From a virus, in IMG/VR virus record IMGVR_UViG_3300025574_000001, positions 7,328-71,327 of that record: a stretch of DNA of 64,000 nucleotides, one strand, 5' to 3'. Positions 28,552-37,805 of this stretch are shown piece after piece. How positions within the stretch are numbered: the first letter of the stretch is position 1; each line of letters begins with the position of its first letter. The notes under the pieces are model-generated. The model saw nothing but the letters and a program-made list of their open reading frames with translations. It ran no database searches and was not told the DNA's origin. A program made the position numbers and the translations under genes.

Positions 28552-30888
28552 ATGCAGTCAAATGAACCAATGGCCCAGTGGTGGGTAGTCACCTTTGGGT
28601 GGTTCATATTTCCAGTGTGGGGTATCGATGAAAACACATTGCAGTGTATGTGTGGTGATCCCGAATGTAAACGCCCTGGCAAACACCCACACTCACTTGC
28701 GCCGAACGGCCATAACTCCGCATCGAACAATCCTGCACAGGTTCAAGCGTGGTGGAACATCGCACCATACGCGAACATCGGTGTTGATACGGGACGTTCA
28801 AACTTGGCGGTGTTGGATAGTGATGGGAGTGAAGGTGTCACTGACTTGTTCAACATGCTGGCATCAATCGGCATCGATGAATTGCCATTGACGTTACGCA
28901 CACGCACGGGCAGCGGTGGTGAACATCTTTTCTTTGACGCAACTGGTTATGACATCAAGTCGATGAATCGTTACTTTGAGAACAATGACGTGAAGGCCAA
29001 AGGTGGCTACGTCATTCTGCCGACGTCGTTACATCACACCGGCAATCGTTATGAGATCCTGGACAATGCATACCCGGCACCACTACCTGATTTACTTGCA
29101 CAACGATTATTGACCGCGAAGAGTGGTGCAGCGTTTGAGAGTAGTCGAAAGCCAGGTGAACCGTCATACGATTTCAGTGAAGCGTGTAAGTACGGTGCTG
29201 CCGCTGGCTATCGTGATGACTTCTTCAATCGTTTCGCATTCAAACTGAAGAAGGATGGTCGCAATGAAGAGTATGCGTTCAATGAAGTCAAGCGTGTATG
29301 GGAACTGACTGAACAACCACAGAACGACCAGTTCACATTTCAGCAAGCAGTGGAAAAACTCATAAGAGTGTATCGTGACGATTCAGTGCAAGCAGATGAG
29401 ATTCCAGAATGGCCCGCAGGATTGGCGGCGCCAGTTGCGACGGAATCTATTGCGGAACCAATTGGAATGCCGACAACATCCTCCAGCCTGCTCGAAATCA
29501 TGGGAATGGCGCCACGTTCAGACGTTGGAAATGGAAACTTATTAGCGTGGCACATCAACACACGTTGGGTGTTCACTAATAAAGATTGGTACGAATACAT
29601 CAATGGCTTATGGACGCAAGATGTGACGAATCGAATTGAACAAGAAGCAACATTAATGGCAAAACTATTACTTGCATTTTCGTATGATAACAAAAACGAT
29701 CTTGAGAATGAAGACCGTAAATCACTTGTAACTTGGGCACTCCAAACACACTTTCGTGTAAGGATGCAAGCGATGATTAAGCAAGCCAGTAGTGATCCTA
29801 AAATTGCATGTAACATTGAACTCTTTGACCAGGACCCGTACATCCTCACAGCCAATAATGTCACTATCAATTTGCGAACGGGCGAAGGATATGAACATCG
29901 TCCTGAAGACATGTGTATGAAGGGAACAAAGGTTGATTATGTCCCTGGATTTCAAAGTCCGTTGTTTACTAAATACATCAATGCAACGTGTGCAAGTGAT
30001 CCCAGTGAACTTTTATATCTGCAACGTCTTAGTGGTTCAATGTTGTGTGGTGAAACGTTAGATAAGTCGTTATACATGGCGATAGGACCAAAGAACACGG
30101 GTAAGACGACATTCATTAATTTGTTGTTGACTGTTCTTAATTCATATGCGATGTCAATCGACCCGAAGTATTTGATGAAACGTAGAATGCAAACTATTCC
30201 ACCACACGAACGTGCCAATATGGAAAACAAACGTGTTGTCGTTTCAGATGAACCGGCCATTGGCGATTTTTTTGATGAATCGTTATTGAAGACAATGACA
30301 GGTCGAGGAACGATTACGGCTGACAAGAAGTTTAAAGACTCACGTACATTCCAAACACGCTTCACATTATTCATTGCTGGTAATCAAGCGCCCGCTGTTC
30401 ATGACGAGGCTCTTAAGGCTCGCATCGTTGAAATTCCATTCGATCACGAACTAAGTTATGAAGATCAGAACCCAGAGATATCACGTGCAGCCACTGACCC
30501 AACATCGGATTTCTGTAAGGCCGCGTTAGCGTGGATGGTTGCGGGTTGTGTTGATTGGTGCGCACATGGTTTAGCCGAACGTCCAGTGCGGGTTGTGTTA
30601 GCAACAGAAGCATATTTGATGGACCAAGATGTCCTGGGTGAATTCATTGAGGAATGTTTGATATATGAGTTGGGTGCGCGTGTGACAGTGCAAGCAGCGT
30701 ATAACGTGTATGCGCCCTGGACTAAAAGTCATAATGAATATGTCCTCACGAAAAAACAGTTCACAACTGATATGAAAATGCGTGGTGGTGGAATCAGTGT
30801 GATAAGTGGTTCTGGTCGTCACGGATTATGTGTCAAAGACTACAAGATCAATGAATCGGTTTTGGCGTGGCCAGGCCAGAACGTCTAG
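28552..30888 (+). CDS. Bifunctional primase-polymerase plus D5-like SF3 helicase
   Basis: CMCGDPECKRPGKHP, NIGVDTG, VLDSD, RTGSGGEH and GGYVILP; then GPKNTGKTT and SDEP. Confidence 0.92.
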   Translation: MQSNEPMAQWWVVTFGWFIFPVWGIDENTLQCMCGDPECKRPGKHPHSLAPNGHNSASNNPAQVQAWWNIAPYANIGVDTGRSNLAVLDSDGSEGVTDLFNMLASIGIDELPLTLRTRTGSGGEHLFFDATGYDIKSMNRYFENNDVKAKGGYVILPTSLHHTGNRYEILDNAYPAPLPDLLAQRLLTAKSGAAFESSRKPGEPSYDFSEACKYGAAAGYRDDFFNRFAFKLKKDGRNEEYAFNEVKRVWELTEQPQNDQFTFQQAVEKLIRVYRDDSVQADEIPEWPAGLAAPVATESIAEPIGMPTTSSSLLEIMGMAPRSDVGNGNLLAWHINTRWVFTNKDWYEYINGLWTQDVTNRIEQEATLMAKLLLAFSYDNKNDLENEDRKSLVTWALQTHFRVRMQAMIKQASSDPKIACNIELFDQDPYILTANNVTINLRTGEGYEHRPEDMCMKGTKVDYVPGFQSPLFTKYINATCASDPSELLYLQRLSGSMLCGETLDKSLYMAIGPKNTGKTTFINLLLTVLNSYAMSIDPKYLMKRRMQTIPPHERANMENKRVVVSDEPAIGDFFDESLLKTMTGRGTITADKKFKDSRTFQTRFTLFIAGNQAPAVHDEALKARIVEIPFDHELSYEDQNPEISRAATDPTSDFCKAALAWMVAGCVDWCAHGLAERPVRVVLATEAYLMDQDVLGEFIEECLIYELGARVTVQAAYNVYAPWTKSHNEYVLTKKQFTTDMKMRGGGISVISGSGRHGLCVKDYKINESVLAWPGQNV

Positions 30889-30950
30889 GTCATCCAGCCC
30901 AGGAAATCCGCCGGTTTTCGGCACTTCAGATTCGTAGTAATCAAATCCAT

Positions 30951-30962
30951 CGCTGGTCAGCG
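30951..30962. promoter_or_regulatory. Palindrome CGCTG-GT-CAGCG (copy 1)
   Basis: Hyphenated palindrome directly downstream of the primase-helicase gene. Confidence 0.45.
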
Positions 30963-31346
30963 TTAGAAACCAAAAAAACCATCTGAGCATTCACTACTTC
31001 ACGCGATTCGTGTGACAAAGGTTGCTTCAAGCGACCTTATGACATCAAGCGACATTTTGATTTACAGTTGCATTGGAGTTTGCTGGTCGATTGTCTTGTG
31101 GTGATTCATCGGGTGGAGATTGGTTTTCCCCCTTCTCCCTTGCACCCCAACCCCTCACCACAACGACATGAGGGCAGTCGGCCAGTGAACTCTTCACTCA
31201 ATCTGATCCCATAGATAATTCCAACGTGCCGCGGCCTTGTCAAAGTCACAAGCATTATTATCGACCAACTCCCAGATGAGTTGAAGTTCATTGTGAAGTT
31301 CATCAAGAAGGTGAGTAATCATAAGGACGTTATCGTCATCACCTAA

Positions 31347-31366
31347 CTTACGCTGGTCAGCGTAAG
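31347..31366. promoter_or_regulatory. Palindrome CTTACGCTG-GT-CAGCGTAAG (copy 2)
   Basis: 9-bp perfect arms around the same 12-bp core. A partial copy starts at 31374. Confidence 0.5.
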
Positions 31367-31556
31367 GAAGCCACGCTGGTCATGCAGAGTATTTGGCTAG
31401 TGTTGACTTTTCCACATCTCTGCCTCGTGATAATCGAGTACCCAGTAGTGATGAACACCTTTGTGTCCTTTGTCCTTGCGGCATTGGTGCGCGGGGTATT
31501 TCAGATGAGTGGCTGAGCAACGTGGATTGATGGCACGTGAGTGCATGAAATAGACG

Positions 31557-31718
31557 TTATACGAATTTAGGAACTGGATGCTTCCGTTCTTTTTTCGGTA
31601 TCACAGTCGTGTTCATACTGTTGTGAACATCTGTGGCGCACGACTTACACACACGATCACCACACTTGTCAGGGCATCCTTGCATTGCTTCATTGGTACT
31701 GCACATTGCACACGTCAT
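31557..31718 (-). CDS. Small Cys-rich hypothetical protein (53 aa)
   Basis: MTCAMC...CPDKCGDRVCKSC. ATGA-coupled to the upstream ORF. Confidence 0.5.
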   Translation of the reverse strand: MTCAMCSTNEAMQGCPDKCGDRVCKSCATDVHNSMNTTVIPKKERKHPVPKFV

Positions 31719-31909
31719 AACAATCCTTCATCGAGTGGACCGATGGCTGTGACGGTTATTTCAGTTTGTGCAAGTGTCATCCATGTGCCATGTGAAGTTT
31801 GCATCTGTACACTACCTGGTGTTGCCTGTGCGTCCTCCTCGGTCCCGACCCTCACGCAACACATCGGCTTGCACACGTTCAAGACGGTCACGAAAATCTT
31901 TTCGGTCAA
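31715..31909 (-). CDS. Hypothetical protein
   Basis: 64 aa ORF coupled within the leftward operon. Confidence 0.45.
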   Translation of the reverse strand: MTEKIFVTVLNVCKPMCCVRVGTEEDAQATPGSVQMQTSHGTWMTLAQTEITVTAIGPLDEGLL

Positions 31910-32184
31910 CTAAGTCCATCTCTCTCCCTCTTCATTAGTTCGATGCAGCCCGCGTACCCAGCGATGTCAATGAGTGAATCACGTTGACCGCCACCATTGT
32001 TGTACCGGGCAATCTTCACACCAATCATACACAGTGCAACTTGTTCAGGTGTGACGTCGACACCAAGGATAGGACTCCACAATCCCGCAATAGTTGTGAA
32101 TGATTGTAGTGGTGTGCCATAGTCTTGTTGACGTTCGCCATTGATGATTTCATCGGCTTCACGTAATACTGACTTTTCACTCAT
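31906..32184 (-). CDS. DUF6378-like protein
   Basis: LREADEIINGERQQDYGTP..SFTTIAGLWS...VALCMIGVKIAR...DSLIDIAGYA. Confidence 0.8.
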   Translation of the reverse strand: MSEKSVLREADEIINGERQQDYGTPLQSFTTIAGLWSPILGVDVTPEQVALCMIGVKIARYNNGGGQRDSLIDIAGYAGCIELMKRERDGLS

Positions 32185-33005
32185 GGGCGTTCCTTGTCAT
32201 GGCGTAGTTGGTGCCACCCGGTGAAGTTGGCGTGGTTGTGATGCTCATATGAATTGTTGTAATCACAAGCGAATGCCTGGTGCTCAAGTGGTGATGCGTG
32301 CATCGGGTTTGCGTTTGTGAGTTGCTCATAAAGGCGCGCATCAGCATCAAAGTCTTTAACGTCACCGGCGTGTAGTGATGACACACGCGCACAACGCGCC
32401 ACACTCATGATTTGGCATTCGCCCAGTGAACGGGTGCGTGATTCTTCTTCAGTGACATAAGGCAAATGCCAGTACCGAAGTTGCGGCGTGCTCTCATCCA
32501 TTGCTTGCTTCATCAGCACCGCCGCTGCACGAATCTCTGGTTGTGCCATTGGTGAACAACGCAAGCCAAAGAAGTTATCCCATTCAGTCGATGTGACCAC
32601 AATGGTGTGCCACATGAATGGTTCAAGATAGCGGTTAAGAACTGATTTGTGAAGACGGTGTTCAGGATCAGGATGACGGTTGAGATAGATGATAATTGAA
32701 TCAGTCGTATCCACAAGAATGTCACGAATAAGATCCTGTGCGTCACTCAAGTCTTGACCTTCCAGTTCACTGCCACCTTGCATACCCTTTTGTTCGCGTG
32801 GATGTGAGATAGGTAGTGCGGGTGATTCATCGATTCTGTCCAGTTGCTTTTGAATCGGAATGGCGCGTGAGGACGCAGAGTTCCTGGAGAAAACACGGTG
32901 CGTGTTGAATTCAGCCAACACGAATCGGTGAAGTGTCACTTCCATCGTTGTGATTCGTGCACCCGTGTAGATTGAATCTTCAATGATCTTGGCTTCTGTG
33001 TTCAT
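32181..33005 (-). CDS. thyX: FAD-dependent thymidylate synthase (ThyX-like)
   Basis: AEFNTHRVFSRNSASSRAIP (ThyX motif variant), RYLEPFMW, SVARCARVS and HASPLEH. Confidence 0.85.
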   Translation of the reverse strand: MNTEAKIIEDSIYTGARITTMEVTLHRFVLAEFNTHRVFSRNSASSRAIPIQKQLDRIDESPALPISHPREQKGMQGGSELEGQDLSDAQDLIRDILVDTTDSIIIYLNRHPDPEHRLHKSVLNRYLEPFMWHTIVVTSTEWDNFFGLRCSPMAQPEIRAAAVLMKQAMDESTPQLRYWHLPYVTEEESRTRSLGECQIMSVARCARVSSLHAGDVKDFDADARLYEQLTNANPMHASPLEHQAFACDYNNSYEHHNHANFTGWHQLRHDKERP

Positions 33006-33481
33006 GGCAGTACCACGTGTTCGCACTTATCACAACAACCGTCCTCACCCAGTCGTCTTTGTTCCATACACAAGTCAAGGATCGTATGACACGCGACACA
33101 TGAACTTGTTCGATTCTCTTCCACAACACGCGCTTCATATTCCTTCCACGCAATCACAGCCGCTTTGAACAACACATTCGTTTCAAAGAGGTTGCCAATG
33201 TCGGCACCTTCGAGATGTGTGAACACTTCAACCATGTGTTTGATTTGTTGCGCCTGCACGTCAGGGCGTGTGTATTCACTGAAGACCTTTAACGCATCAA
33301 TGAACACACTGTCAATCTGTTCTTGCAAGGCAAGAGTGGCGTGTGTTTGTGCCATGATGCTAAGTGCTACTGCATCCCAGTGATTATCTTCATCACGTGA
33401 AAAAACCAAATCATCCGCAGTTCTCAATAATCGTGCTGCTTCATGCACGTGAATCGCTACTGCATCTATTTCGTCACTCAT
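33002..33481 (-). CDS. Hypothetical protein
   Basis: 159 aa, coupled ORF, with C-terminal CxxC...CCDKC. Confidence 0.55.
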   Translation of the reverse strand: MSDEIDAVAIHVHEAARLLRTADDLVFSRDEDNHWDAVALSIMAQTHATLALQEQIDSVFIDALKVFSEYTRPDVQAQQIKHMVEVFTHLEGADIGNLFETNVLFKAAVIAWKEYEARVVEENRTSSCVACHTILDLCMEQRRLGEDGCCDKCEHVVLP

Positions 33482-33617
33482 CTGTTAGTCCTGCTTTCTT
33501 CAACACTTCACGTGTCTTCTTGACGTTGTGCGTTTTCTTAAACGTTGCATACGCTTCATCTAAGATCACGTTCACTTCCTTGGTTCGTTCCTCAATGTTG
33601 ATAGGTTCATCAGACAT
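33474..33617 (-). CDS. Small hypothetical protein (47 aa)
   Basis: MSDEPINIEERTKEVNVIL... Has a GAGGTGG RBS and fills the gap between coupled ORFs. Confidence 0.5.
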   Translation of the reverse strand: MSDEPINIEERTKEVNVILDEAYATFKKTHNVKKTREVLKKAGLTDE

Positions 33618-33990
33618 TATCCACCTCATTAAGAATCAGTAGTAGTGATTCACTGTCGTTCTGCACTGCCCAGTTCCGCGCTTTTTCAATGATGTCCCGC
33701 AATCGCATGTCTTCATCAAGCCACGTGACGTTTTCATTGTTTTCGTGTCTGCACATGTGAGGAGGTTCGTGTCCTGCGGGTTCAAAGCATGAATGTCCCG
33801 CAGTCATCGCTTCACAAAGATTTCTTGAGCCCCACGTGACGTCACAACACTGGTGTGGACCGTCATGTCCTTTTTCTAACAAACACTGATGTGAAAAGTC
33901 TTCATTCTCATCATTGCATTTGGTTGCACGTTGTTGTGGGTACTCACCCTCAAATCCTTCGCGTGCAAATGACACTGGGTCGTCATTCAT
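33610..33990 (-). CDS. Hypothetical protein with C..H repeats
   Basis: Two C-x-x-E-x-GH-(D/E)-x-PH-x-C units. Confidence 0.55.
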   Translation of the reverse strand: MNDDPVSFAREGFEGEYPQQRATKCNDENEDFSHQCLLEKGHDGPHQCCDVTWGSRNLCEAMTAGHSCFEPAGHEPPHMCRHENNENVTWLDEDMRLRDIIEKARNWAVQNDSESLLLILNEVDNV

Positions 33991-34354
33991 GTTCGTTCAC
34001 CTTTCCTAATGATTCCACACCTGCATTTAATTCATCAACACCGTGACCGAGTTCGTGATCATTCGCTAACGCTGCCGCATTGGCAAAGTGCGTGAGCGCA
34101 ACAGTGATGATCCCGGTCAGTTCCGCCACACGACAAGAATGACACGCGTGATGGTCCATGAACTCTTCGTCGTTGGCGTTGCCGCACAATCGACACACAC
34201 CTTGTTCGAGTGATGTAGGTGCTAAGCGTGGATCATTCACCGGATACACGACCTTGCACTCTGAACAAAAGTACGCGTGAGTGAGTGGGTTCCTAACTTC
34301 ATTCAGCAACGCGCCGTCATTCGGACACTGCATCATTTCCTCCCTAGGTTTCAT
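33983..34354 (-). CDS. Zn-ribbon hypothetical protein
   Basis: CPND...CSEC, CRLC...CHSC. Confidence 0.55.
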   Translation of the reverse strand: MKPREEMMQCPNDGALLNEVRNPLTHAYFCSECKVVYPVNDPRLAPTSLEQGVCRLCGNANDEEFMDHHACHSCRVAELTGIITVALTHFANAAALANDHELGHGVDELNAGVESLGKVNEHE

Positions 34355-34566
34355 TGCGCCGCCAGCCGTCCGGCTAGTTTGTCAAAGCCTTCACACACGA
34401 CGTATCCAGGGCATGAAGGATCTTGTATCACTTTCACAAGTGTGGTGAATGTTGATGGGTCATAACAGCGTAAACATCCGAGTGTGATGTTGAGTGGATG
34501 TTCCTTGTCATTGATGATCCACATCCTGTGACCGAACAGTCGGCACCTATGATTGCGTTTCGTCAT
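34351..34566 (-). CDS. Hypothetical protein
   Basis: CRLFGHRM...GCLRC small Zn-binding pattern. Confidence 0.55.
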   Translation of the reverse strand: MTKRNHRCRLFGHRMWIINDKEHPLNITLGCLRCYDPSTFTTLVKVIQDPSCPGYVVCEGFDKLAGRLAAQ

Positions 34567-34583
34567 TTCAACTCTCCGTTTCA

Positions 34584-35069
34584 GGTGTAGGGGCGCTCAT
34601 TCGCTAGTCAGCCTTTGAAATGACAACGAGCGGCTCGTCGTAATCGTGCAGAATGACGAGCGGCGTGTTACTGGACACGACCTCATCGAGGTACTTCTGC
34701 GGGTTGCGGACAAATTCCTCTAACTGAACATCAACCATTTGGGTTCTCCTTTAAGTCATCGGACAGACGGCGTATCTCGTCGTCGGCCCATTCTCCGCCA
34801 GTCGGTGTAGGGGCGCTGGAAGATTCAAGAATTGCGTCGCGTAGGAGTTGAGCGCCGTACCGCTCGTGAGCGATTGGCGTCCCAGTCTCGACCTTCCAAA
34901 TACCATCAATCAATTCGTCCAACCGCTCCCTCGTTAGCCCTGTGGGGGCGCTGGAATATTCAAGAATTGCCCGAACTTCCATTTTGAAATCCTGCGCCTC
35001 GCCGTAAAAGTCGGCTGGATAGTCGGCAAACAACTTTTCGAGTTGCTCCGTTAGCCCTGTGGGGGCGCT
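34584..35069. repeat. Dispersed direct repeats (GGGGCGCT core)
   Basis: 21-bp identical pair at 34932-34952 and 35049-35069; 26-bp pair with one mismatch at 34810-34835 and 34945-34970; 14-bp pair at 34584-34597 and 34804-34817. Confidence 0.85.
34604..34738 (-). CDS. Phd/YefM-like antitoxin fragment (44 aa)
   Basis: MVDVQLEEFVRNPQKYLDEVVSSNTPLVILHDYDEPLVVISKAD. AAGGAG RBS. Not in the ORF track. Confidence 0.5.
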   Translation of the reverse strand: MVDVQLEEFVRNPQKYLDEVVSSNTPLVILHDYDEPLVVISKAD

Positions 35070-35201
35070 CGAAAGTTCTTCGTCGGTTTCGATTTCTTCC
35101 CAATCTCGGCTCTTGATGTAGCGCGTCACGCCCTTGACAATCCGCTCAATGATGAAGTCCTCGCCGCCCCTAGACACAAATCCCCCATTCACTCGTTTCA
35201 T
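34731..35201 (-). CDS. Mosaic hypothetical protein with SSAPT repeats
   Basis: Three SSAPT units encoded by near-identical DNA repeats. Confidence 0.55.
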   Translation of the reverse strand: MKRVNGGFVSRGGEDFIIERIVKGVTRYIKSRDWEEIETDEELSSAPTGLTEQLEKLFADYPADFYGEAQDFKMEVRAILEYSSAPTGLTRERLDELIDGIWKVETGTPIAHERYGAQLLRDAILESSSAPTPTGGEWADDEIRRLSDDLKENPNG

Positions 35202-35494
35202 AGTGTTCCATTCTGCACGTTGGAATTGATCACAGTTGCAACGTGTGCATCAAGATCACGGGTTGTTGTGTACTGCCAGTCGGAGGTGTCATCGAATCCG
35301 TCACCGTCATTGCATACACACTTCTGACCTTGGTGACACGGCCCACCATTCATATCGTGACAGAAGCACAGGCACAATCGTGTGTATGGGTCTGAGGTGA
35401 TTTGTTTAATGAGTGCCGTCAGTGGTGGATTTCCTTGTGCACGCTGTTCAATGAGTTGTTGCAGGGCGTGGTTCTGGTGGTGATGTGTGATCAC
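35198..35494 (-). CDS. Hypothetical protein
   Basis: 98 aa with CLCFCH...CHQGQKCVC. Coupled ORF. Confidence 0.5.
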   Translation of the reverse strand: MITHHHQNHALQQLIEQRAQGNPPLTALIKQITSDPYTRLCLCFCHDMNGGPCHQGQKCVCNDGDGFDDTSDWQYTTTRDLDAHVATVINSNVQNGTL

Positions 35495-35784
35495 AACGCA
35501 ACACCCGCCCTCTGAAGGATCTCATCAATTTGGTGTGTTGGTGCTCCGTCGTGAATTGCGTTGCGGGCTTCGTGAATGACGTTGAACATCTGTGTGTTCT
35601 TACACACCATACAGTCGTCGGGGTCCCAGCCTCCGCAGTTCTCACAGTCCTCTGCGGGGCGTGTGAGTGCCGGGTCATCAATGAGCCATGTTTCACCTTC
35701 CTCTGAACACCCGTAGAAATCCGGCTCACTGATACCTTCTACTAAGGTGAGTGTTCCTCCACAGCCTGGGTTTGGGCACTTCAT
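35491..35784 (-). CDS. Zn-ribbon hypothetical protein
   Basis: MKCPNPGCGG...CENC...CMVC. ATG overlaps the upstream stop. Confidence 0.55.
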   Translation of the reverse strand: MKCPNPGCGGTLTLVEGISEPDFYGCSEEGETWLIDDPALTRPAEDCENCGGWDPDDCMVCKNTQMFNVIHEARNAIHDGAPTHQIDEILQRAGVAL

Positions 35785-35939
35785 GATGTGGGAGTGCTGG
35801 CCGCTTGAACCCTGACGCAGTGTGCACACTGTTCCTGGGACTTCGGTGCAACGGCTGCGGAACCGTCACGGCGGTACTGATTGCAAAGTGAAGAGTTCTC
35901 TCCCTCTGCAAAGATGTGTTGCTTACGCTTTGATGTCAT
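35781..35939 (-). CDS. Small hypothetical protein, first gene of the leftward operon
   Basis: MTSKRKQHIF...LCNQY...CAHC. AAGGAG RBS followed by GACGAAATG. Confidence 0.55.
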   Translation of the reverse strand: MTSKRKQHIFAEGENSSLCNQYRRDGSAAVAPKSQEQCAHCVRVQAASTPTS

Positions 35940-35966
35940 TTCGTCTCTCCTTGGGTTAGTGAATCT

Positions 35967-36004
35967 TACTTGAGAGATTCTCAAGTAGGGCAACTATAGC
36001 GGGT
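35967..36004 (-). promoter_or_regulatory. Leftward promoter with downstream inverted repeat
   Basis: ACCCGCTATAGTT (TATAGT -10-like) at 36004-35992 and TACTTGAGA-GAT-TCTCAAGTA at 35967-35987. Confidence 0.55.
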
Positions 36005-36044
36005 TTCTTATGTGAAGGTCGCGGTGCGTTAGTGAGTGTTTAGA

Positions 36045-36462
36045 GTGATAAGTTTGTGAAGGGTTTATGAAGAGTTTATGACGGGACATCACCTGTTCAC
36101 ACAGTTTTGCAAGGGCTTATTTTGCTTGAGAGTGTTGAACAAAGTGATAAGGTTTTTGTGATATGACCTTGGAGAGAAATTAGCAGGTGAAGAAAGGATG
36201 TGTAGAAGAGTGATATGAGTGATATGAAGTTGAGAAGGGAGAAATGATGTGTATCACTCTGAAGACTAAATAAAAACTGGAAGGTGATACATATGATATG
36301 AGTGATACATAAAAATAAAGATATACGTTAGAGGAATTTTTATATATATATAGATAGATACACTTTAAAACGTATCACACGTATCACACGTATTAAAACC
36401 CGTTTGATAATTAGCGTTTGGTTGTTGGGTGATGTATCACGGTGATATGAACTATGTATCAC
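36045..36462. repeat. Putative replication origin: GTGATA/TATCAC iterons around an AT-rich core
   Basis: 13 hexamer copies flank TTTTTATATATATATAGATAGATA. Non-coding, between divergent operons. Confidence 0.65.
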
Positions 36463-36579
36463 AAGAGATTTTTGAAGGAGGAGGGAGAAAAAAGGGAGGA
36501 AAACTCACTCGTGTGGCCTTGTTGGGTGAATCCCAACCCTAGCGCGTGCAGTGTTTTTCTCTTGTGTTGAAACTCTCTT

Positions 36580-36620
36580 GTGATCACTAAAACCTGTTAG
36601 ACTGATTCCAAGGCAGTAAC
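36580..36620 (+). promoter_or_regulatory. Rightward early-promoter-like motif
   Basis: GTGATCACTAAAACCTGTTAGACT...CAAGGCAGTAAC, homologous to 40276-40314. Confidence 0.55.
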
Positions 36621-36643
36621 TACAGAAAGCAAGTAAAGTTGAA

Positions 36644-37705
36644 ATGACAAAGAATCCCGAATTAGAAATCACCTGGCCCGTCTCATACATCAACGTTGAC
36701 AACTTCTATGGGTCCACCAAGAAGGAAGCGATCTGTTGGGACTGCTTCCATTATGATGCACAACACAGTGATGACCTCGAGTACAATTCCTCGGGTCGGA
36801 ATTCGTATGATGACAAGACGTCAACCTTCACATCACCAGTGGTGTGCAACACTTGTGCAAAGACGCTTGTCACACTCAAGCCCAACCCTTACACGATTCC
36901 CGAACTGCCCAACCTGGGTGATGTGAAGTTTTCGTGGGTGATGACGAAGGCACTTGACAATGTGTTCACTGACGCTTATGTGTTTCACAACACGCAAGTG
37001 TGGAAGACCGCCAACCCAGGCAAGGAACCCACGTTTGAAGACCGAGGTGTGATGTACACATACCCAGACTTCTACTCAGCACACAAGTGCTGGCTGGAGA
37101 ATGTCACCTTTCAGAAGTTGGGTGAAATCAAGAAGGTGTTGGCGGAGTACTTGAACGGCCTCACCACAAAGGTGACCACTGGGATTTCCACGAATGCCGG
37201 GAGTGCCAAAATGAACCTCAAGAAATTGGGTGTGGAACTGGACAAGCAGATGGCACGTGCGTTTGAAGAGGCAGTGAACACACGTGAGGAGGCCATCACA
37301 CGTGCACGTAAGAGCACACTGCAATTCGGTGAGCGTGATGTGTACGAAATCCGACTTGTGGAAGATTCAAATTGTGGGATGGTCAAAGTGGGTGCGTTCA
37401 ACATGACACCTCAAGGATCCTCCAAGTGGGTGAATACACATTCCGAATTCTCACGTGAGATCACCGTGTACATCACTGTGAACGCTGATCGCGAAGCGGA
37501 GATGGCGTTTCAGCAGGACATCATTTCCAAGGAGGATGGAGCGTGGGTCCGTAACGGACACGTTTCTTCATCGCTTGATGAGGCCATTGCGAAGGCAAAG
37601 GAAATGTTGCAGGTGCAAATCGACGCATGTGAAACAAGCGTTGACCAGAACGCCATCTACGCAATGGAAGCGTTGCGGACTGCGGGGCTTTCATTGACCG
37701 CGTAG
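36644..37705 (+). CDS. Hypothetical protein (353 aa)
   Basis: Long ORF with CWDC...CNTC, followed by a small hairpin AGCGCC/GGCGCT at 37711-37727. Confidence 0.7.
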   Translation: MTKNPELEITWPVSYINVDNFYGSTKKEAICWDCFHYDAQHSDDLEYNSSGRNSYDDKTSTFTSPVVCNTCAKTLVTLKPNPYTIPELPNLGDVKFSWVMTKALDNVFTDAYVFHNTQVWKTANPGKEPTFEDRGVMYTYPDFYSAHKCWLENVTFQKLGEIKKVLAEYLNGLTTKVTTGISTNAGSAKMNLKKLGVELDKQMARAFEEAVNTREEAITRARKSTLQFGERDVYEIRLVEDSNCGMVKVGAFNMTPQGSSKWVNTHSEFSREITVYITVNADREAEMAFQQDIISKEDGAWVRNGHVSSSLDEAIAKAKEMLQVQIDACETSVDQNAIYAMEALRTAGLSLTA

Positions 37706-37805
37706 CAGTAAGCGCCCGTGTGGCGCTTTGGTGTACTGGTCATGCCCTTGCCCAGTGCATCAAAGGACCACCCGGTTCGATGTACCCACAGAAAGAAACG
37801 ACGAA

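Noticed and set aside
36045-36462. Possible CRISPR array
   Set aside because: The repeats are 6-9 bp, irregularly spaced and in both orientations. There are no 25-45 bp repeats with unique spacers.
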